Of a stretch of DNA of 64,000 bases, positions 11,803 to 26,549 are shown piece after piece. Origin of the DNA: Nannocystis bainbridge. GTDB taxonomy: Bacteria; Myxococcota_A; Polyangia; Nannocystales; Nannocystaceae. The notes beneath the pieces were generated by a model that was given only the letters and a program-made list of their open reading frames with translations, ran no database searches and was not told where the DNA came from. The DNA lies in the NCBI RefSeq assembly GCF_028368995.1, contig NZ_JAQNDL010000001.1, positions 3,296,001 to 3,360,000 on the forward strand, read 5' to 3'. The number at the start of each line of letters is the position of its first letter. Positions within the stretch are counted from its first letter, which is position 1. The translations under genes and the position numbers were made by a program.

Positions 11803-12531
11803 ATGTCCTGGAGAACATTCGCAGTCGGGCTCGCCTTCTTCGCCGGGTGCTCGGTCCCCAACGTGAGCCACTGCGGCAACCAGTCGGGCGACTCCACGTG
11901 CGCCCAGCGCGACGCGACCCGCCCGTTCTGCAACCTGTGCGAGGCGAGCAACGACGGCTGCGTGGCCGAGCCGGTGACGATCGATGCCTGCCGGCGCGAG
12001 TCCGACAGCGGCCCGGCGACCACCTCGGAGGCGACGACGACGACGCAGCCGACGACCGGCACGCCGACGACCACGACCTCGACCTCGACGACGGTCGACC
12101 CGACCACCGAGACGACGACGACGACGAGCACGAGCACGTCGACCAGCACCAGCACGTCGACCAGCACCAGCACGACCGACGACACGACGACGACCACGAG
12201 CACGACGACGCTCGACACGCTGCCCGACACGCTGACCGACACGCTGACCGACACGCTGACCGAGGCGACCAGCGAGACGACGACCGACACGACGACGATG
12301 CCCGGGCCGACCTGCGGCGACGGCGTCGCCGAGCCCGGCGAGACCTGCGACGGCGCCGACCTCAAGGGCAAGGACTGCACCGACTTCCCCAGCAACTACG
12401 GCGGCGGCGACCTGAAGTGCCTCGGCACCTGCAAGGCCTACGACTTCAGCAAATGCTGCAAGCTGGACGGCAAGAGCTGCGGCGGCGGCGGCGAGTGCTG
12501 CAGCGGCAACTGCCTGTTCACCTGCTACTGA
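11803..12531 (+). CDS. Thr-rich, Cys-rich lipoprotein
   Basis: Lipobox 'FAGC', long Thr/Ser tract, 'CGDGVAEPGETCDG' myxobacterial Cys-rich repeat. Confidence 0.8.
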   Translation: MSWRTFAVGLAFFAGCSVPNVSHCGNQSGDSTCAQRDATRPFCNLCEASNDGCVAEPVTIDACRRESDSGPATTSEATTTTQPTTGTPTTTTSTSTTVDPTTETTTTTSTSTSTSTSTSTSTSTTDDTTTTTSTTTLDTLPDTLTDTLTDTLTEATSETTTDTTTMPGPTCGDGVAEPGETCDGADLKGKDCTDFPSNYGGGDLKCLGTCKAYDFSKCCKLDGKSCGGGGECCSGNCLFTCY

Positions 12532-12539
12532 GCGATGGA

Positions 12540-12581
12540 TGTCCCCGAAGACATGCCCGTGAGGACATGTCCTTCGAGACA
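12540..12581. repeat. Tandem TGTC-N6-GACA array (3 units)
   Basis: TGTCcccgaaGACA TGCCcgtgagGACA TGTCcttcgaGACA between convergent genes. Confidence 0.85.
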
Positions 12582-12605
12582 TGATCGTCAGACGGTCAGA
12601 CTCCC

Positions 12606-13820
12606 TCAGGCCGCGACGATGTCGCGCTCCGTCAGGCCACCGGGCCGGAGCAGCCGCTGCAGGACCGGCGCGAGCGGGCTGCTGCTCAGGCGGACGAAGG
12701 CGGCGCGGAGCAGCCGCGGCAGCTCTCCGCTCGGCGTGAAGAACTGCCGCATCGTCGTCGCCGACCGCTGCAGGCTGACGACGAACGGGCGCAGCTTCGC
12801 CTCCCACGCGGCCAACGCCCGCGGTAGGTCGTCGGGGTGACGCGCCAGCATGTCACCCAGCAGCTCGCCGCCGGCCATCCCGGTCGAGGCGCCCATCCCC
12901 GAGTAGAGCGTCAAGCACCACGCCGCGTCGCCGAGCAGCACCACCCGCCCCCGGTGCCAGCGATCCATGCAGACCTGCTCGACCGAGTCGAACAGGCGTT
13001 CGTCCGCCGCCGCGTAGTCGGCGAACAGCCGGCTCAGGATCGGCCCCGCGGGCGCCGGCCCGAACGCCGCGCGCACCGACTCGATCGCCGGACGCCGGAG
13101 CTGCGCCGCCACGTCTTCGACGCGGTACGAGAACAGCACCGTGGGGGCGTGATCGACGAACGGGAACACCCAGGCCGAGCGCCCGGCCTCGGCCATGACG
13201 AGCCCGTCGCTGGTCGCGTGGCCGTCGAGGGCGCCGCGCAGCACGCAGGCGCCGATCATGTAGTGCATCGGCCGCAAGAACGCCGCGTGCGGGCCGAAGA
13301 CCAGCCGCCGCACGGTCGAGCGCAGGCCGTCGGCGCCGATGACCAGGTCGAAGCGCTCCCGCGCGGTCGCGCCGGTGGCCGCGTCGAGCATCGTCACGTC
13401 GACCCCGTGTTCGTCCTGGTCGATCGCCACGGGGCTGGTCGCGAAGCGGATCTCCACCGCCGGCGGGAGCGCGGAGAACAGCGCGTTCTCGATGTCGCCG
13501 CGCAGCACCAGGCGCGGACCGCCAGGCAGATCCGGCACGCCCATGCCCTCGCGCCGACGACCGCTGCGATCGACCTCGAAGGTCCGGATCGGCGGGCCGA
13601 GGCGGTTGCCCACCGCATCGAGCACGCCGAGTCGGGTCGCGGACGCGACCCCGGTGCCGAACAGGGCGACCGCATAACCGCCGCGGCGCCGGCCCGCGGC
13701 GCGCTCGAGGATCACGGGCTCCCAGCCGAGCCGTTGCAGGCGCAGGGCGGTGGTGATGCCGCTGATCCCGAGGCCGACCACCAGGACGCGGCGCCGTCCC
13801 GTCGTTGCATGCTTCATCAT
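12606..13820 (-). CDS. FAD-dependent monooxygenase
   Basis: GLGISG (GxGxxG), 'GADGLRS', 'LLGDAA' fingerprints. Confidence 0.88.
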   Translation of the reverse strand: MMKHATTGRRRVLVVGLGISGITTALRLQRLGWEPVILERAAGRRRGGYAVALFGTGVASATRLGVLDAVGNRLGPPIRTFEVDRSGRRREGMGVPDLPGGPRLVLRGDIENALFSALPPAVEIRFATSPVAIDQDEHGVDVTMLDAATGATARERFDLVIGADGLRSTVRRLVFGPHAAFLRPMHYMIGACVLRGALDGHATSDGLVMAEAGRSAWVFPFVDHAPTVLFSYRVEDVAAQLRRPAIESVRAAFGPAPAGPILSRLFADYAAADERLFDSVEQVCMDRWHRGRVVLLGDAAWCLTLYSGMGASTGMAGGELLGDMLARHPDDLPRALAAWEAKLRPFVVSLQRSATTMRQFFTPSGELPRLLRAAFVRLSSSPLAPVLQRLLRPGGLTERDIVAA

Positions 13821-13907
13821 GCCCCGAGCCTAGTGATCGACCACGCCGCCGGTAGAGCGTGGATTGAGGCGATGATCGGCGCGGATTGGGGGCGATGAGG
13901 CCGGGGC

Positions 13908-14942
13908 TCACGACGCGGCGCGGTGCCGCTCTCGCCAGTCGCGCGGCGTCATCCCGTGGGCGCGGCGGAAGGTGCGGATGAAGTGGGTGGTATCGGCGTA
14001 GCCGACCTGATCGGCGACGCTCTCGACGCTCTCGTCGGTCTCGCGCAGGCGCCGTCGCGCCTCGGACATTCGATGCTCCCGCAGCCAGTCGCCGACGGTC
14101 AGGCCGGTCTCCTGGCGGATCGCGTTGGCCAGGTGCGACGGCGTGCGGCCGACCGCCACGGCCACGTCCTTGAGCGACAGCGGCCCCAGGCAACGCGCCT
14201 CGATGAAGCTCAGCGCGTCACGCACGAGCCCGCCGAGCAGCGGCGACGTCGTGGGCGCGTGCTCCTGCAGCTCGCGCATCAGCTCCGTCAGCAGCAGGGC
14301 GAGCAGCGCGTGCGCGGCGGTCTCCGCCCCCCATTGGCGCCCGCGCAGCTCCGCGTCCATCTCGCCCACCAGCTGATCGATCCGCCGCAGCCGCGCCGGC
14401 CCCGGTCGCAGCCGCAGCAGCCCGCGCACCAGCAGGCTGCGCGCCGGCGTCAGCCCCGGCTCCCCGTGGATCCGCGACTGCCCCGGCAGCCGCGGCGGCC
14501 CGAGGGCGCGCAGCAGCAGCGGATCGACGCCCACGATCCACCCCTGAAGATCGCCGATGTCGAGCGGTTGGTGCTCCACGCCTGCCGGGACGAGGTGGAT
14601 GTCGCCGGCGCGCAGGTCGACCGGCTCGAGGTGTCGTCCCCGCCCGCTGCCCGCGGTGAAGCCGAAGATCGTAAAGAAGGTCGATACCAGCGGCCGGGGC
14701 GGCAGCGGCCCCTGCTCCGGGACGTACGCGACGTGCAGGCGCATGCCGCCGGCCCCCATCTCGTCGAGGGTGACCACCTGCGGCGGAGCACGCCCGGGGG
14801 CCCGCGTCACGGGGCGACACCGCCGCGCGAGCACGACGGAGCCCGGCGGGTCGGCCGAACCGGCAGGTCCGCCTGCGGCTCGTCTGCTCCGGTCGGGCCC
14901 GACACACTCTTGGTTGTCGCTGACCCGCGGCGCGCTGTCCAC
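13908..14942 (-). CDS. AraC family transcriptional regulator (cupin + double HTH)
   Basis: C-terminal 'VADQVGYADTTHFIRTFRRAHGMTPRDWR'; true start may be ~14760. Confidence 0.88.
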   Translation of the reverse strand: MDSAPRVSDNQECVGPDRSRRAAGGPAGSADPPGSVVLARRCRPVTRAPGRAPPQVVTLDEMGAGGMRLHVAYVPEQGPLPPRPLVSTFFTIFGFTAGSGRGRHLEPVDLRAGDIHLVPAGVEHQPLDIGDLQGWIVGVDPLLLRALGPPRLPGQSRIHGEPGLTPARSLLVRGLLRLRPGPARLRRIDQLVGEMDAELRGRQWGAETAAHALLALLLTELMRELQEHAPTTSPLLGGLVRDALSFIEARCLGPLSLKDVAVAVGRTPSHLANAIRQETGLTVGDWLREHRMSEARRRLRETDESVESVADQVGYADTTHFIRTFRRAHGMTPRDWRERHRAAS

Positions 14943-15038
14943 CGCGCCGCCAAGCGGCCGCGCGCCACGGCTCGGGAGTCCGCGCGTCGACGAGCGCCCG
15001 GGTCGCCTGGCCGCGTGCGCAGCCGCGCGATGCCTTCA

Positions 15039-15122
15039 TGTCCCGAGCGACATGTCCAGAGAGACATATCCAGAGCGACATGCCCAATTCGACATGCCCG
15101 CGAGGACATGCCCCACGCGACG
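15039..15122. repeat. Tandem TGTC-N6-GACA array (6 units, 14-bp period)
   Basis: TGTCccgagcGACA TGTCcagagaGACA TATCcagagcGACA TGCCcaattcGACA TGCCcgcgagGACA TGCCccacgcGACG. Confidence 0.88.
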
Positions 15123-15130
15123 TCCAAAAA

Positions 15131-15540
15131 GCGGGAGGAGGAGCGGACGAGCGGGGTCGTAAGCCGGGTTTTGTCCCTGGGTTCGTCGCCTTGCCCAGGT
15201 GGCGGTCATTCTTCTACGCGGCACTACCCGGGACGGGACGGGCAGCCCCTGGTGACTTCCTTGCGGAAGCCAGCCGTGCCCCTGTTTGGCCTTGCTCCGG
15301 GTGGGGTTTACCGTGCGGTCCCTGTCGCCAGGTCCCCGGTGCGCTCTTACCGCACCTTTTCACCCTTACCCGCGCGGACGCGGGCGGTTTTATTTTCTGT
15401 GGCACTTTCCTTCGGGTCGCCCCGACTGGCCTGCGCCAGCACCCTGCCCTGCGGAGCCCGGACTTTCCTCGAGTGCTTCAGCCCGTGAGGGCCTGTCACC
15501 CGCGAACGCCTTGTCCCCCTCGGCCGCTCCTCTTCCCGCG
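15131..15540 (-). ncRNA. rnpB: RNase P RNA (type A)
   Basis: Minus strand reads GAGGAAAGTCCGGGCTCC, GGAAAGTGCCACAGAAA, GGTAAGGGTGAAAAGGTGCGGTAAGAGCGCAC, GGTAAACCCCACCCGGAGCAAG and ACAAAACCCGGCTTAC; ends approximate. Confidence 0.95.
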
Positions 15541-15601
15541 GGCGGTGTAGCACGCGGGGCCGCCCCGGCCAAGCGGGCGCGGCGCGCGGAGCGGCGCGGG
15601 T

Positions 15602-16420
15602 TCAGGGCAGCGACGGCAGCGTATCGGTCGCGGTCTTGCTGAGCTGACGGACCGCGTGGCGCTCGTCGTGGTCGTTGCAGGCGAGCACCACCACCACCGT
15701 GATGTTGTCGTCGCCGCCGCGCTCGAGCGCCAGCTCGGTACAGACCTGCGGCAGATCCGAGTACAGGTGGTCGCGGGCCAGCGCCGCCAGCTCGTCGAGC
15801 GACACGTAGTTGGCGAACCCGTCCGAACACAGCAGGTACACGTCGCCGAGGTTGACGTTGACCGGCACGATGTCGGCCTCGACCAGCCGCTCGAAGCCGA
15901 CCGAGCGGGTGATGATGTGCTTGAGGTCGGACTCCTGCGCCTCTTCTTCGGTGATGAGGCCGGCCAGCACCTGCTCGTTGAGCCACGAGTGGTCGGTCGT
16001 CAGCTGACAGGCCATCGCCGAGCGCAGCAGATAGGCCCGGCTGTCGCCGACGTGGACCACGTAGCCGCGGTCGCCGTGGAACAGTATCCCGGTGAGCGTG
16101 GTACCCATCCCGTGGAGCGAGCGGTCCTGCTGCGCCTGGTCGTAGATCCGGGCGCTCGCCTCCGACGCCGAGGCTTGCAGGATCTCCGCGATCGCCTCCG
16201 ACCACGCCTGTTGCGGCATGCCGTGGAGACGCGCCATCCCCCGCCGTACGACCTTGTTGACGACGTCGGCGCACATCGCACTGGCATGCGCCCCGCCGGC
16301 GTGGCCACCCATGCCGTCGGCGACGAGGTACAGCCCGAGCGAGCTGTCGACGAGGAAGCTATCCTCGTTCGCCATGCGGACGCGGCCGACGTCGGTGGAT
16401 GCCCACGCGATCAAGCGCAC
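15602..16420 (-). CDS. PP2C-family Ser/Thr phosphatase
   Basis: 'TDVGRVRMANED', 'VADGMGGH', 'HVGDSRAY', 'LCSDG', 'GGDDNIT'. Confidence 0.92.
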   Translation of the reverse strand: MRLIAWASTDVGRVRMANEDSFLVDSSLGLYLVADGMGGHAGGAHASAMCADVVNKVVRRGMARLHGMPQQAWSEAIAEILQASASEASARIYDQAQQDRSLHGMGTTLTGILFHGDRGYVVHVGDSRAYLLRSAMACQLTTDHSWLNEQVLAGLITEEEAQESDLKHIITRSVGFERLVEADIVPVNVNLGDVYLLCSDGFANYVSLDELAALARDHLYSDLPQVCTELALERGGDDNITVVVVLACNDHDERHAVRQLSKTATDTLPSLP

Positions 16421-16621
16421 AGCCTGGACGATACCATGTACGGCCGCGAATCGAGACCCTTCCGTGCGACGGCCCGGGCCCGCGAAGGGGGCCGGCGGCG
16501 CAGATGCGGCGGCGCTGGCGATGCGTGAGTAAACCGACGGCTCCGGGCCGCTCCGGCGGGCGGTGCGGCAACGGAGCCAGTCCTCGGGGCCAGGTGCGGC
16601 TGGGGCCCGCTCGGGCCCGGG

Positions 16622-18169
<1,548 letters not shown>

Positions 18170-18171
18170 GG

Positions 18172-19284
18172 CTAGCGGCCCCCCTTCAGGAATTCGCGGA
18201 TCGAGTCCATGATGTCGTCCTTGCTCTTGATCTCGGAGGTCACGAGGGCGATGTTCTTGGCGAACGCGGACCGCAGGTCCTTGATGAACTGGCCCGAGCC
18301 GTAGGGCGACTCGACCTGGCCGTAGCCGAACTGGTTGCACTTGGGCAGCAGCTGCTGCTTGACCAGCTGGATGCAGGTCGCGGTGTCGTCGACCGACCAG
18401 TTGTCGCCGTCGCTGAAGTGGAACGCGTAGATGTTCCACTGCTCGGGGCTGAACTCGGCGTCGATCAGCTCGGCGCACAGCTTGTAGGCCGAGCTGATCA
18501 TCGTCCCGCCCGACTCGCGGGTGCGGAAGAAGACGTCGCGCTCGACCACCCGCGCGGTCGCGTCGTGGATGATGTAGCGCGACTCCAGCCCCTTGTACTG
18601 GCTGCGCAGCCACGTATCGATCCAGAACGACTCGATGCGGACGATCTCTTTCTGCTCGTCGCCCATCGAGCCCGACACGTCCATCATGTAGATGATCACC
18701 GCATTGGTCTGCGGGCGCGGGTCGGTGCGCCACGAGCGATAGCGGCGGTCCTCGCGGATCGGCACGATCACCGGGCGCGCCGGGTCGTACGAGCCCATCG
18801 CCACCTGGCGGCGGAGCGCGCGCTTGTAGGTCGCCTTGAAGTTGCGCAGCGACTCGGGGCCGGTGTTGCGCAGGCCGACATAGCGGTCTTTGCGGGTCTC
18901 TAACGAATGCGTGCCCTTGGGCTGGATGTTGGGCAGACCGAGCTCTTCTCCCATGATTTGAGCGAGCTCTTCGAGCGTGACCTCGACCTCGAGCGACTTG
19001 CCGCCCTCCTGCTCGCCGGCCTTGCCCGCGCCGCCCGGGCCGTCCTTGCCCGAGCCGCCGACCGGGTCGCAGGGCTCGCCGTCGCCCTGGCCGACGCCCT
19101 GGCCGCTGTTGTCGCCGTGCACGAACCGCGGGATGTTGATCTGCGGCATCGGGATGGCGACGGTGCCCTGGCCCTTTGGCGCCACCATGTCGCCGCGAGA
19201 GATGTATTTGCGCAAGTTCTGCCGAATTTTGCCGCGAATGATCTCTCGGAAGCGGCTGTGGTCCTGCTCGATGCGCGAAATCAT
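18172..19284 (-). CDS. YeaH/YhbH (DUF444) family protein
   Basis: '[17 protein letters not shown]', 'MMDVSGSM', '[10 protein letters not shown]', 'FSDGDNW'. Confidence 0.92.
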   Translation of the reverse strand: MISRIEQDHSRFREIIRGKIRQNLRKYISRGDMVAPKGQGTVAIPMPQINIPRFVHGDNSGQGVGQGDGEPCDPVGGSGKDGPGGAGKAGEQEGGKSLEVEVTLEELAQIMGEELGLPNIQPKGTHSLETRKDRYVGLRNTGPESLRNFKATYKRALRRQVAMGSYDPARPVIVPIREDRRYRSWRTDPRPQTNAVIIYMMDVSGSMGDEQKEIVRIESFWIDTWLRSQYKGLESRYIIHDATARVVERDVFFRTRESGGTMISSAYKLCAELIDAEFSPEQWNIYAFHFSDGDNWSVDDTATCIQLVKQQLLPKCNQFGYGQVESPYGSGQFIKDLRSAFAKNIALVTSEIKSKDDIMDSIREFLKGGR

Positions 19285-19451
19285 GGACAACCAGAGTATG
19301 CGAGGTGTGCGGCAGAAGCGAGGCGGATGCGAGGCTACGCGCGCGCAGCGGCGTAAACGCGAATCTGGCCGCGGTGCGCGCCGACGTGCCTGCCCGCGCG
19401 TCGCTTCCGCGGTGGCCGCTTCCGCGACCCTCGTGTACAGTCTCGGTTACG

Positions 19452-21503
<2,052 letters not shown>

Positions 21504-21529
21504 GCCCGCCGAACGGGTGATGCGCGCGA

Positions 21530-21551
21530 GCGGGGGCCTTCGCGCCCCCGC
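21530..21551. terminator. GC hairpin between convergent genes (possible bidirectional terminator)
   Basis: GCGGGGGC-cttcgc-GCCCCCGC; no U-tract. Confidence 0.45.
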
Positions 21552-23398
21552 TACGACGTCGCGGGTCCGAGCGGCAGGTCGACGCGGAAGGTCGAGCCGA
21601 CGTTCGGCTCGGAGTCGAGGGTGATCGTCCCGTGGTGGGCCTGGACGATCTCGCGGGCGATGTAGAGGCCGAGCCCGAGCCCGCTGAACGAGCCGACGCG
21701 GTGGGCCCGCTCGAACGGCTGGAACAGCTTGGCGCGGGCCTCGGGGTCGATGCCGATGCCGTGGTCCTCGACCTCGATGCGGGCGGTGTCCGGGGACGGC
21801 GACGTCAGCCGCACCGTGACCGGCCGGTTCGCGCCGTACTTGAACGCGTTGCTGACCAGGTTGTCGAGCACCTGCTCGACGCGCCGCCGGTCCCACGTGG
21901 CCACGAGCGGCGGCGAGCCCGGCGGCGGCAGCTCGAGGGACAGGTCGGCGCGCGCGCGGGCGTCGTGCTCGCACAGCTGGGTGCAGAAGGTCGTCAGCAG
22001 CTCGGCGACTTCGAGCTCCTGCGGCTCGAGGAACAGCTTCTTGTGCGACAGCCGGGTGGCGTCGAGCATGTCGGCGACCAGCGAGTCGATCTTGCGGGCC
22101 TGGCGGATGATGAGCTGCAGCGCGGCGACCAGCGGCTCCTTGAGGGTCGGGTCGGAGCTCGGCGGCAGCCGGCGCAGCAAGGATTCGGCGCGCAGCAGGA
22201 TCGAGGTGATAGGGGTGCGGAGCTCGTGGCTGGCGACGGAGAGGAATTCGTCGCGCACGCCGATCGCGTCGCGCAGCACCTGCTCGGCCTGCTTGCGCGC
22301 CGAGATGTCGACCAGCGTGCCCGACATCCGCACGCCCTCGCCGGCGTAGTCGCAGAACACGCCGCCCTGGGAGAACAGCCAGCGTTCGGGCACCTGGGGA
22401 TCGCGCAGGCGGAAATCGGAGCGGAAGGTCGAGCGGGCGGCCATCGCGTCGGCGAGCGCCTTGCCGACGCGATCGCGGTCCTCGCGGTGGATGAGCCGCA
22501 GGAAATCCTCGACGCCGTGCGGCTGATCGTCGGGCGACATGCCGAGCAGGGCCTTGGTGGTGTCCGACCAGATGACCTGCCCGGTGAGCAGGTCCCAGTC
22601 CCAGATGCCCGTCTCGGCCGCGCGCATGGCCTCGTTGATGCGGCTGTACTCGCGCAGCCGGGTGCTGAGGTCGACGACGTAGCCGATGAACTGGTTCTGC
22701 CGCGGCCGCACCAGCGCGTAGCCGATCAACACCGGCACGCGGCTGCCGTCCTTGCGCACGTAGTCCTTCTCGTACGGGCGGCACCGGCCGGTGCGCAGCG
22801 CCTCCTCCATGCCCTGGTGGTCGCGCATGAGGTGCTCGGGCGCGGTGCAGCGGTCCCAGCGGAATACCCTCAGGTCGATCTCGTCGTGGGTGTAGCCGAG
22901 GATCCGCAGGTACTCGTCGGTGGCCTCGACCAGCTGCCCGTGCATGTCGCTGACGAACATGCCGACCAGCTGCGCCAGCCCGCCCGCCTTGGCCGCCTCG
23001 TAGACCGCCGTCTCGCGCAGGTTCTCGACCACGCACACGGCCCCGAGCAAGCGGCCGTCGGGCGTCAGCACCGGCCGCGCGCTCTCCCGCACGCGCAGCT
23101 GCCGGCCGTCGCGCCAGCCGAGCGCGTAGCTGTGGCCCGAGGCCCTCGCGCGCGTGCGCAGGGCGACCGCGACCGCCGTGTCCTCGCGCCCCAGCGGCGC
23201 GCCCGCCAGGGTGGCCAGCTCGTCCGCAGGGCAGTACGGCGGCGAGGCGTCCGGCGTCAGCCGCAGCAGCGCCGCGGCGTCGGCGTTGAAGGCGACGACC
23301 TGACCGTGCGCGTCGCAGACGTAGGCCGCCTGCGGCAGCGCCTCCAACAGGTCGCGGGCGCCGATCATCTCCAGGGCGGTGGCGTCGGTCGCGGTCAT
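21551..23398 (-). CDS. Multi-PAS sensor histidine kinase
   Basis: Three PAS-like domains; H-box 'ASHELRTP', N-box 'NLVSNAFKY', 'DHGIGI', 'GLGLGL'. Confidence 0.92.
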   Translation of the reverse strand: MTATDATALEMIGARDLLEALPQAAYVCDAHGQVVAFNADAAALLRLTPDASPPYCPADELATLAGAPLGREDTAVAVALRTRARASGHSYALGWRDGRQLRVRESARPVLTPDGRLLGAVCVVENLRETAVYEAAKAGGLAQLVGMFVSDMHGQLVEATDEYLRILGYTHDEIDLRVFRWDRCTAPEHLMRDHQGMEEALRTGRCRPYEKDYVRKDGSRVPVLIGYALVRPRQNQFIGYVVDLSTRLREYSRINEAMRAAETGIWDWDLLTGQVIWSDTTKALLGMSPDDQPHGVEDFLRLIHREDRDRVGKALADAMAARSTFRSDFRLRDPQVPERWLFSQGGVFCDYAGEGVRMSGTLVDISARKQAEQVLRDAIGVRDEFLSVASHELRTPITSILLRAESLLRRLPPSSDPTLKEPLVAALQLIIRQARKIDSLVADMLDATRLSHKKLFLEPQELEVAELLTTFCTQLCEHDARARADLSLELPPPGSPPLVATWDRRRVEQVLDNLVSNAFKYGANRPVTVRLTSPSPDTARIEVEDHGIGIDPEARAKLFQPFERAHRVGSFSGLGLGLYIAREIVQAHHGTITLDSEPNVGSTFRVDLPLGPATS

Positions 23399-23579
23399 GG
23401 CGGCGCGACGACTAGAGTACCGCGGCGCGCCGCGGCGCGGCTGACTGCCGGGACGCCCCGACGCCCTCTGCCGCAGCCACCGGCGCGCCCTCGCGGCGGA
23501 GTCATGCGCCGGGGCGGCCGCGCGCGGACGGCCTCATCGGCAGGCGGGCGATGCCGGCGTCCGCACGCCTGCTCCGCCG

Positions 23580-24233
23580 TCACTGCCAGCAACGGGCCAC
23601 GCCGGGCAGCGTCGCCTTGACGTAGGCGCGGCGCGTGACGTCGAGGTAGTCGAGCAGCACCTCGAAGCGCCCGCACTGCAGCTCGACCCACTCCGGGCTC
23701 GGCTCGCCGACCGCCACGCAGCCCCACCGCTCGAGCTGGGCCCGCCAGTCGGCCACCCGCGCGGTCCCGGCGGCCCCATCGGCGGCCGCGATGCTGGCCT
23801 CCGCCGCCGCCACGCTGCCGGAGATCGGCTTCGGCTCGATGATCGCGTTCAGCGGCGGTGGCTCGCCCTCCGTCGCCGTCTGCAGCAAGACCACCGTCGC
23901 CGGCAGCTCCTGCAGCGGGAAGCTGCAGCCCCACTTGGTGTAGCCCGGCCGGGTCGCCGAGCACCACATCATCCGCTCGGGCTCGGCGCAGCCGATCGCC
24001 ACGTCGGCGGCCGGCCGCGACAGCGCGCAGATCGCCGCGAGCGGCTCCGCGATCATGTCCTTGCCGCACACCGGCAGCGCCGCCGGGTCGACCTCCGGCG
24101 GCGGCGACTCGGGCGGCGAGGCCGGCGGCGGCGTCTGGACCGGCGGCGGCGAGGGTCGCTCACAACCTGTCTCGAGAGACAGCATCACTACCCACCAGGC
24201 GGAGCGGCCGATCGACACGAGCCCCAAGTTCAC
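23580..24233 (-). CDS. Hypothetical Cys-containing (lipo)protein
   Basis: Hydrophobic N-terminus, 'TGC', Pro-rich linker; fills the gap downstream of xth. Confidence 0.5.
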   Translation of the reverse strand: MNLGLVSIGRSAWWVVMLSLETGCERPSPPPVQTPPPASPPESPPPEVDPAALPVCGKDMIAEPLAAICALSRPAADVAIGCAEPERMMWCSATRPGYTKWGCSFPLQELPATVVLLQTATEGEPPPLNAIIEPKPISGSVAAAEASIAAADGAAGTARVADWRAQLERWGCVAVGEPSPEWVELQCGRFEVLLDYLDVTRRAYVKATLPGVARCWQ

Positions 24234-24257
24234 CGCGCGGCGCGCCGGCCGTCAAGC

Positions 24258-25043
24258 TCATGGCCCGCCGAAGCTCGCGATCACCGGGATGTGGTCGGAC
24301 GGCGCGTCCCAGCCGCGCGGGGTCTTGTCGTGGACCACCGACTCGCAGCGGGCGTACAGCGGCGCGCTGGCGTAGACGTGGTCGATGCGCATGCCGCGGT
24401 TGCGGTCGAAGTCGGCGCGGCGGTAGTCCCACCAGGTGTACTGGCCGGGGCGGTCGTCGTGCTTGCGGAAGCAGTCCTGCAGGCCGAAAGCCAGCAGCTC
24501 GCGCAGGGCCGCGTGCTCCTCCGGCGAGAAGTGGGTGGAGCCGACGAGCGCGCGCGGGTCGACCACGTCGCGCTCGTCGGGGGCGATGTTGAAGTCGCCG
24601 CACAGGATCACCGGCGCCGCGGGCGAGCAGTGCTCGGCGAGCTCGGCCTTGAGCCTGGCCAGCCACGCCAGCTTGTAGGTGAAGGCCTCGGTGCCGAGCG
24701 CGGTGCCGTTGGGGACGTAGAGGTTGTAGAGGCGGAGGCCGTCGATCTCGGTGTTCAAGATCCGGCAGGCGGAGTCGGCGTCGCCGCCGCGGAAGCCGAG
24801 CACGACCTCGGTCGGCTTGACCTTCGAGAGCGTGGCCACGCCGGCGTAGCCCTTGGCCCCGTGGATGTGGACGGTGTAACCGAGCTCCGCGAACGGTACC
24901 CGCGGGAACACCTTGTCCTCGCATTTGGTCTCCTGCAGGCAGGCGACGTCGGGGCTCTTCTCGGCGAGGAAGCTGAGCACGTCGTCGAGGCGCGCGCGGA
25001 TCCCGTTGACGTTCCACGTCAGCAGCGTGAAGGGCCGGTTCAT
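24258..25043 (-). CDS. xth: Exodeoxyribonuclease III
   Basis: 'TWNVNGIRAR', 'CLQETK', 'YVPNG', 'GDFNIAP', 'YTWWDYR', 'RIDH', 'SDH'. Confidence 0.95.
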   Translation of the reverse strand: MNRPFTLLTWNVNGIRARLDDVLSFLAEKSPDVACLQETKCEDKVFPRVPFAELGYTVHIHGAKGYAGVATLSKVKPTEVVLGFRGGDADSACRILNTEIDGLRLYNLYVPNGTALGTEAFTYKLAWLARLKAELAEHCSPAAPVILCGDFNIAPDERDVVDPRALVGSTHFSPEEHAALRELLAFGLQDCFRKHDDRPGQYTWWDYRRADFDRNRGMRIDHVYASAPLYARCESVVHDKTPRGWDAPSDHIPVIASFGGP

Positions 25044-25053
25044 GGCGCGAACC

Positions 25054-26403
25054 TTAGCGCAAGCGCAGCCGCGGCGCGACGACGAGGGCGTGCAGCAGCA
25101 GCGCCAGCGCGAACCACCCCGCCGCCATCAACACCGAGAGGTCGCCCTTGGCCGCCAGCGCGACCAGCACGAACACGCTCGAGCCTACGTAGATGATCGG
25201 CGCCCACGGGTAGAAGCCGACGCGATACGGCCGCGGGTGGTCTGGATCCTTGCGCCGCAAGGAGACCACGCTGGCGACCGCGAGCGAGCCCGAGATGAGC
25301 ATCGCCGCCGCCGCGTAGTCCATCAGCTGCTCGAAGCGATGGCTGAGGATCAGCGCGATCGCCAGGACCGCCTGCAACCACAGCGCGACCATCGGGGTGC
25401 CGAAGCGGGCGGACAGCCGGCCCGCCGCGGGGAAGCAGTGGCCTTCCTCGGCCATCGCGTAGGCGATCCGTGAGCCGGTCATGACGGTGCCGTTGATCGA
25501 GCCGAGCATCGCCAGCAGGATCATCAGCGTCACCACGATCACGCCCGCGTGGCCGAACAGCGCCCCGGCGGCCGCGGTGCCGGCCTCGCCGACCCCGGCC
25601 AGCTTGTCGATCTCGAACACCGAGAGGTAGCCGGCGCACAGCACGAAGTAGAGGATCGCGACCATGAGCGTCCCGCCGACCACCGCGCGCGGCAGGTTGC
25701 GCCCGGGGTCGGCGATCTCCCCGCCGATGTAGATCGCCGCGTTCCACCCGGAATAAGCGAAGTAGATCGACAGGTATGCCTGGGCCACGGCGGAGGCCGA
25801 AGGGCTGGGGTCGAGCCCCGACCGCAGCGCCTCGGCCGAGACCTCGACGGTGCCGATGTCGCCGACCACGAACAGACTGACCGCCAGCAGCACCGCCAGC
25901 GGCACCATCGTCAGCACCAGCTGCACGCGCCCGGACAGCACGATGCCGATGTGATTGAGCCCCGTGAGCGCGACCACCAGCGCGATCGCCCAGAACGTCG
26001 GGCCGGCCAGCGTCACCAGCCCGAGGTCGACCGGCGCGGCGAAGCTCGGCCCGAGCAGCACCGGCAGCTGGAACGCGGCTGTCCCGACGGCCATGGTCGC
26101 GAGCGAGCCCGGGAACGTCGCCAGCAGCTGCAGCCAACCCGTGGCGAACGCGATGCCCGGCCCGTAGGCCGCGCGCAGGTACGGGTACTCGCCGCCCGCC
26201 CGCGGCATCATCGCTCCGAGCTCGGCCACGCACAGCGCCCCGCACAGCGCCGCCAGCCCGCCGGCGACCCACATCAGCAGGAACCACAACGGGCTCTGCA
26301 CGTGGCTGGCGACCACCGGCGGGGCGATGAAGATGCCGATGCCGAGCATCGAGCCCGCGACCAGCGCTTGCGCCGCCCAGGGGCCGAGGTGTCGCGTCTC
26401 CAT
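25054..26403 (-). CDS. APC family amino acid permease
   Basis: 'GSMLGIGIF', 'AELGAMMPRAGGEYPYL', 'FAYSGWN', multiple TM helices. Confidence 0.9.
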   Translation of the reverse strand: METRHLGPWAAQALVAGSMLGIGIFIAPPVVASHVQSPLWFLLMWVAGGLAALCGALCVAELGAMMPRAGGEYPYLRAAYGPGIAFATGWLQLLATFPGSLATMAVGTAAFQLPVLLGPSFAAPVDLGLVTLAGPTFWAIALVVALTGLNHIGIVLSGRVQLVLTMVPLAVLLAVSLFVVGDIGTVEVSAEALRSGLDPSPSASAVAQAYLSIYFAYSGWNAAIYIGGEIADPGRNLPRAVVGGTLMVAILYFVLCAGYLSVFEIDKLAGVGEAGTAAAGALFGHAGVIVVTLMILLAMLGSINGTVMTGSRIAYAMAEEGHCFPAAGRLSARFGTPMVALWLQAVLAIALILSHRFEQLMDYAAAAMLISGSLAVASVVSLRRKDPDHPRPYRVGFYPWAPIIYVGSSVFVLVALAAKGDLSVLMAAGWFALALLLHALVVAPRLRLR

Positions 26404-26549
26404 CCGGCGCAGCCTAACCGATGATGGGGGTCCGGTCGTCCGGAGGCAAAAAACCCGGCCCGTCGCGCGAGCCGCCCGCAGATAACCGGCGCAGCCCGAA
26501 CTTTGGCCTTTGACAGCGGGCCGGGCCGCGGCTAGCTTCGCGCCTCGGC

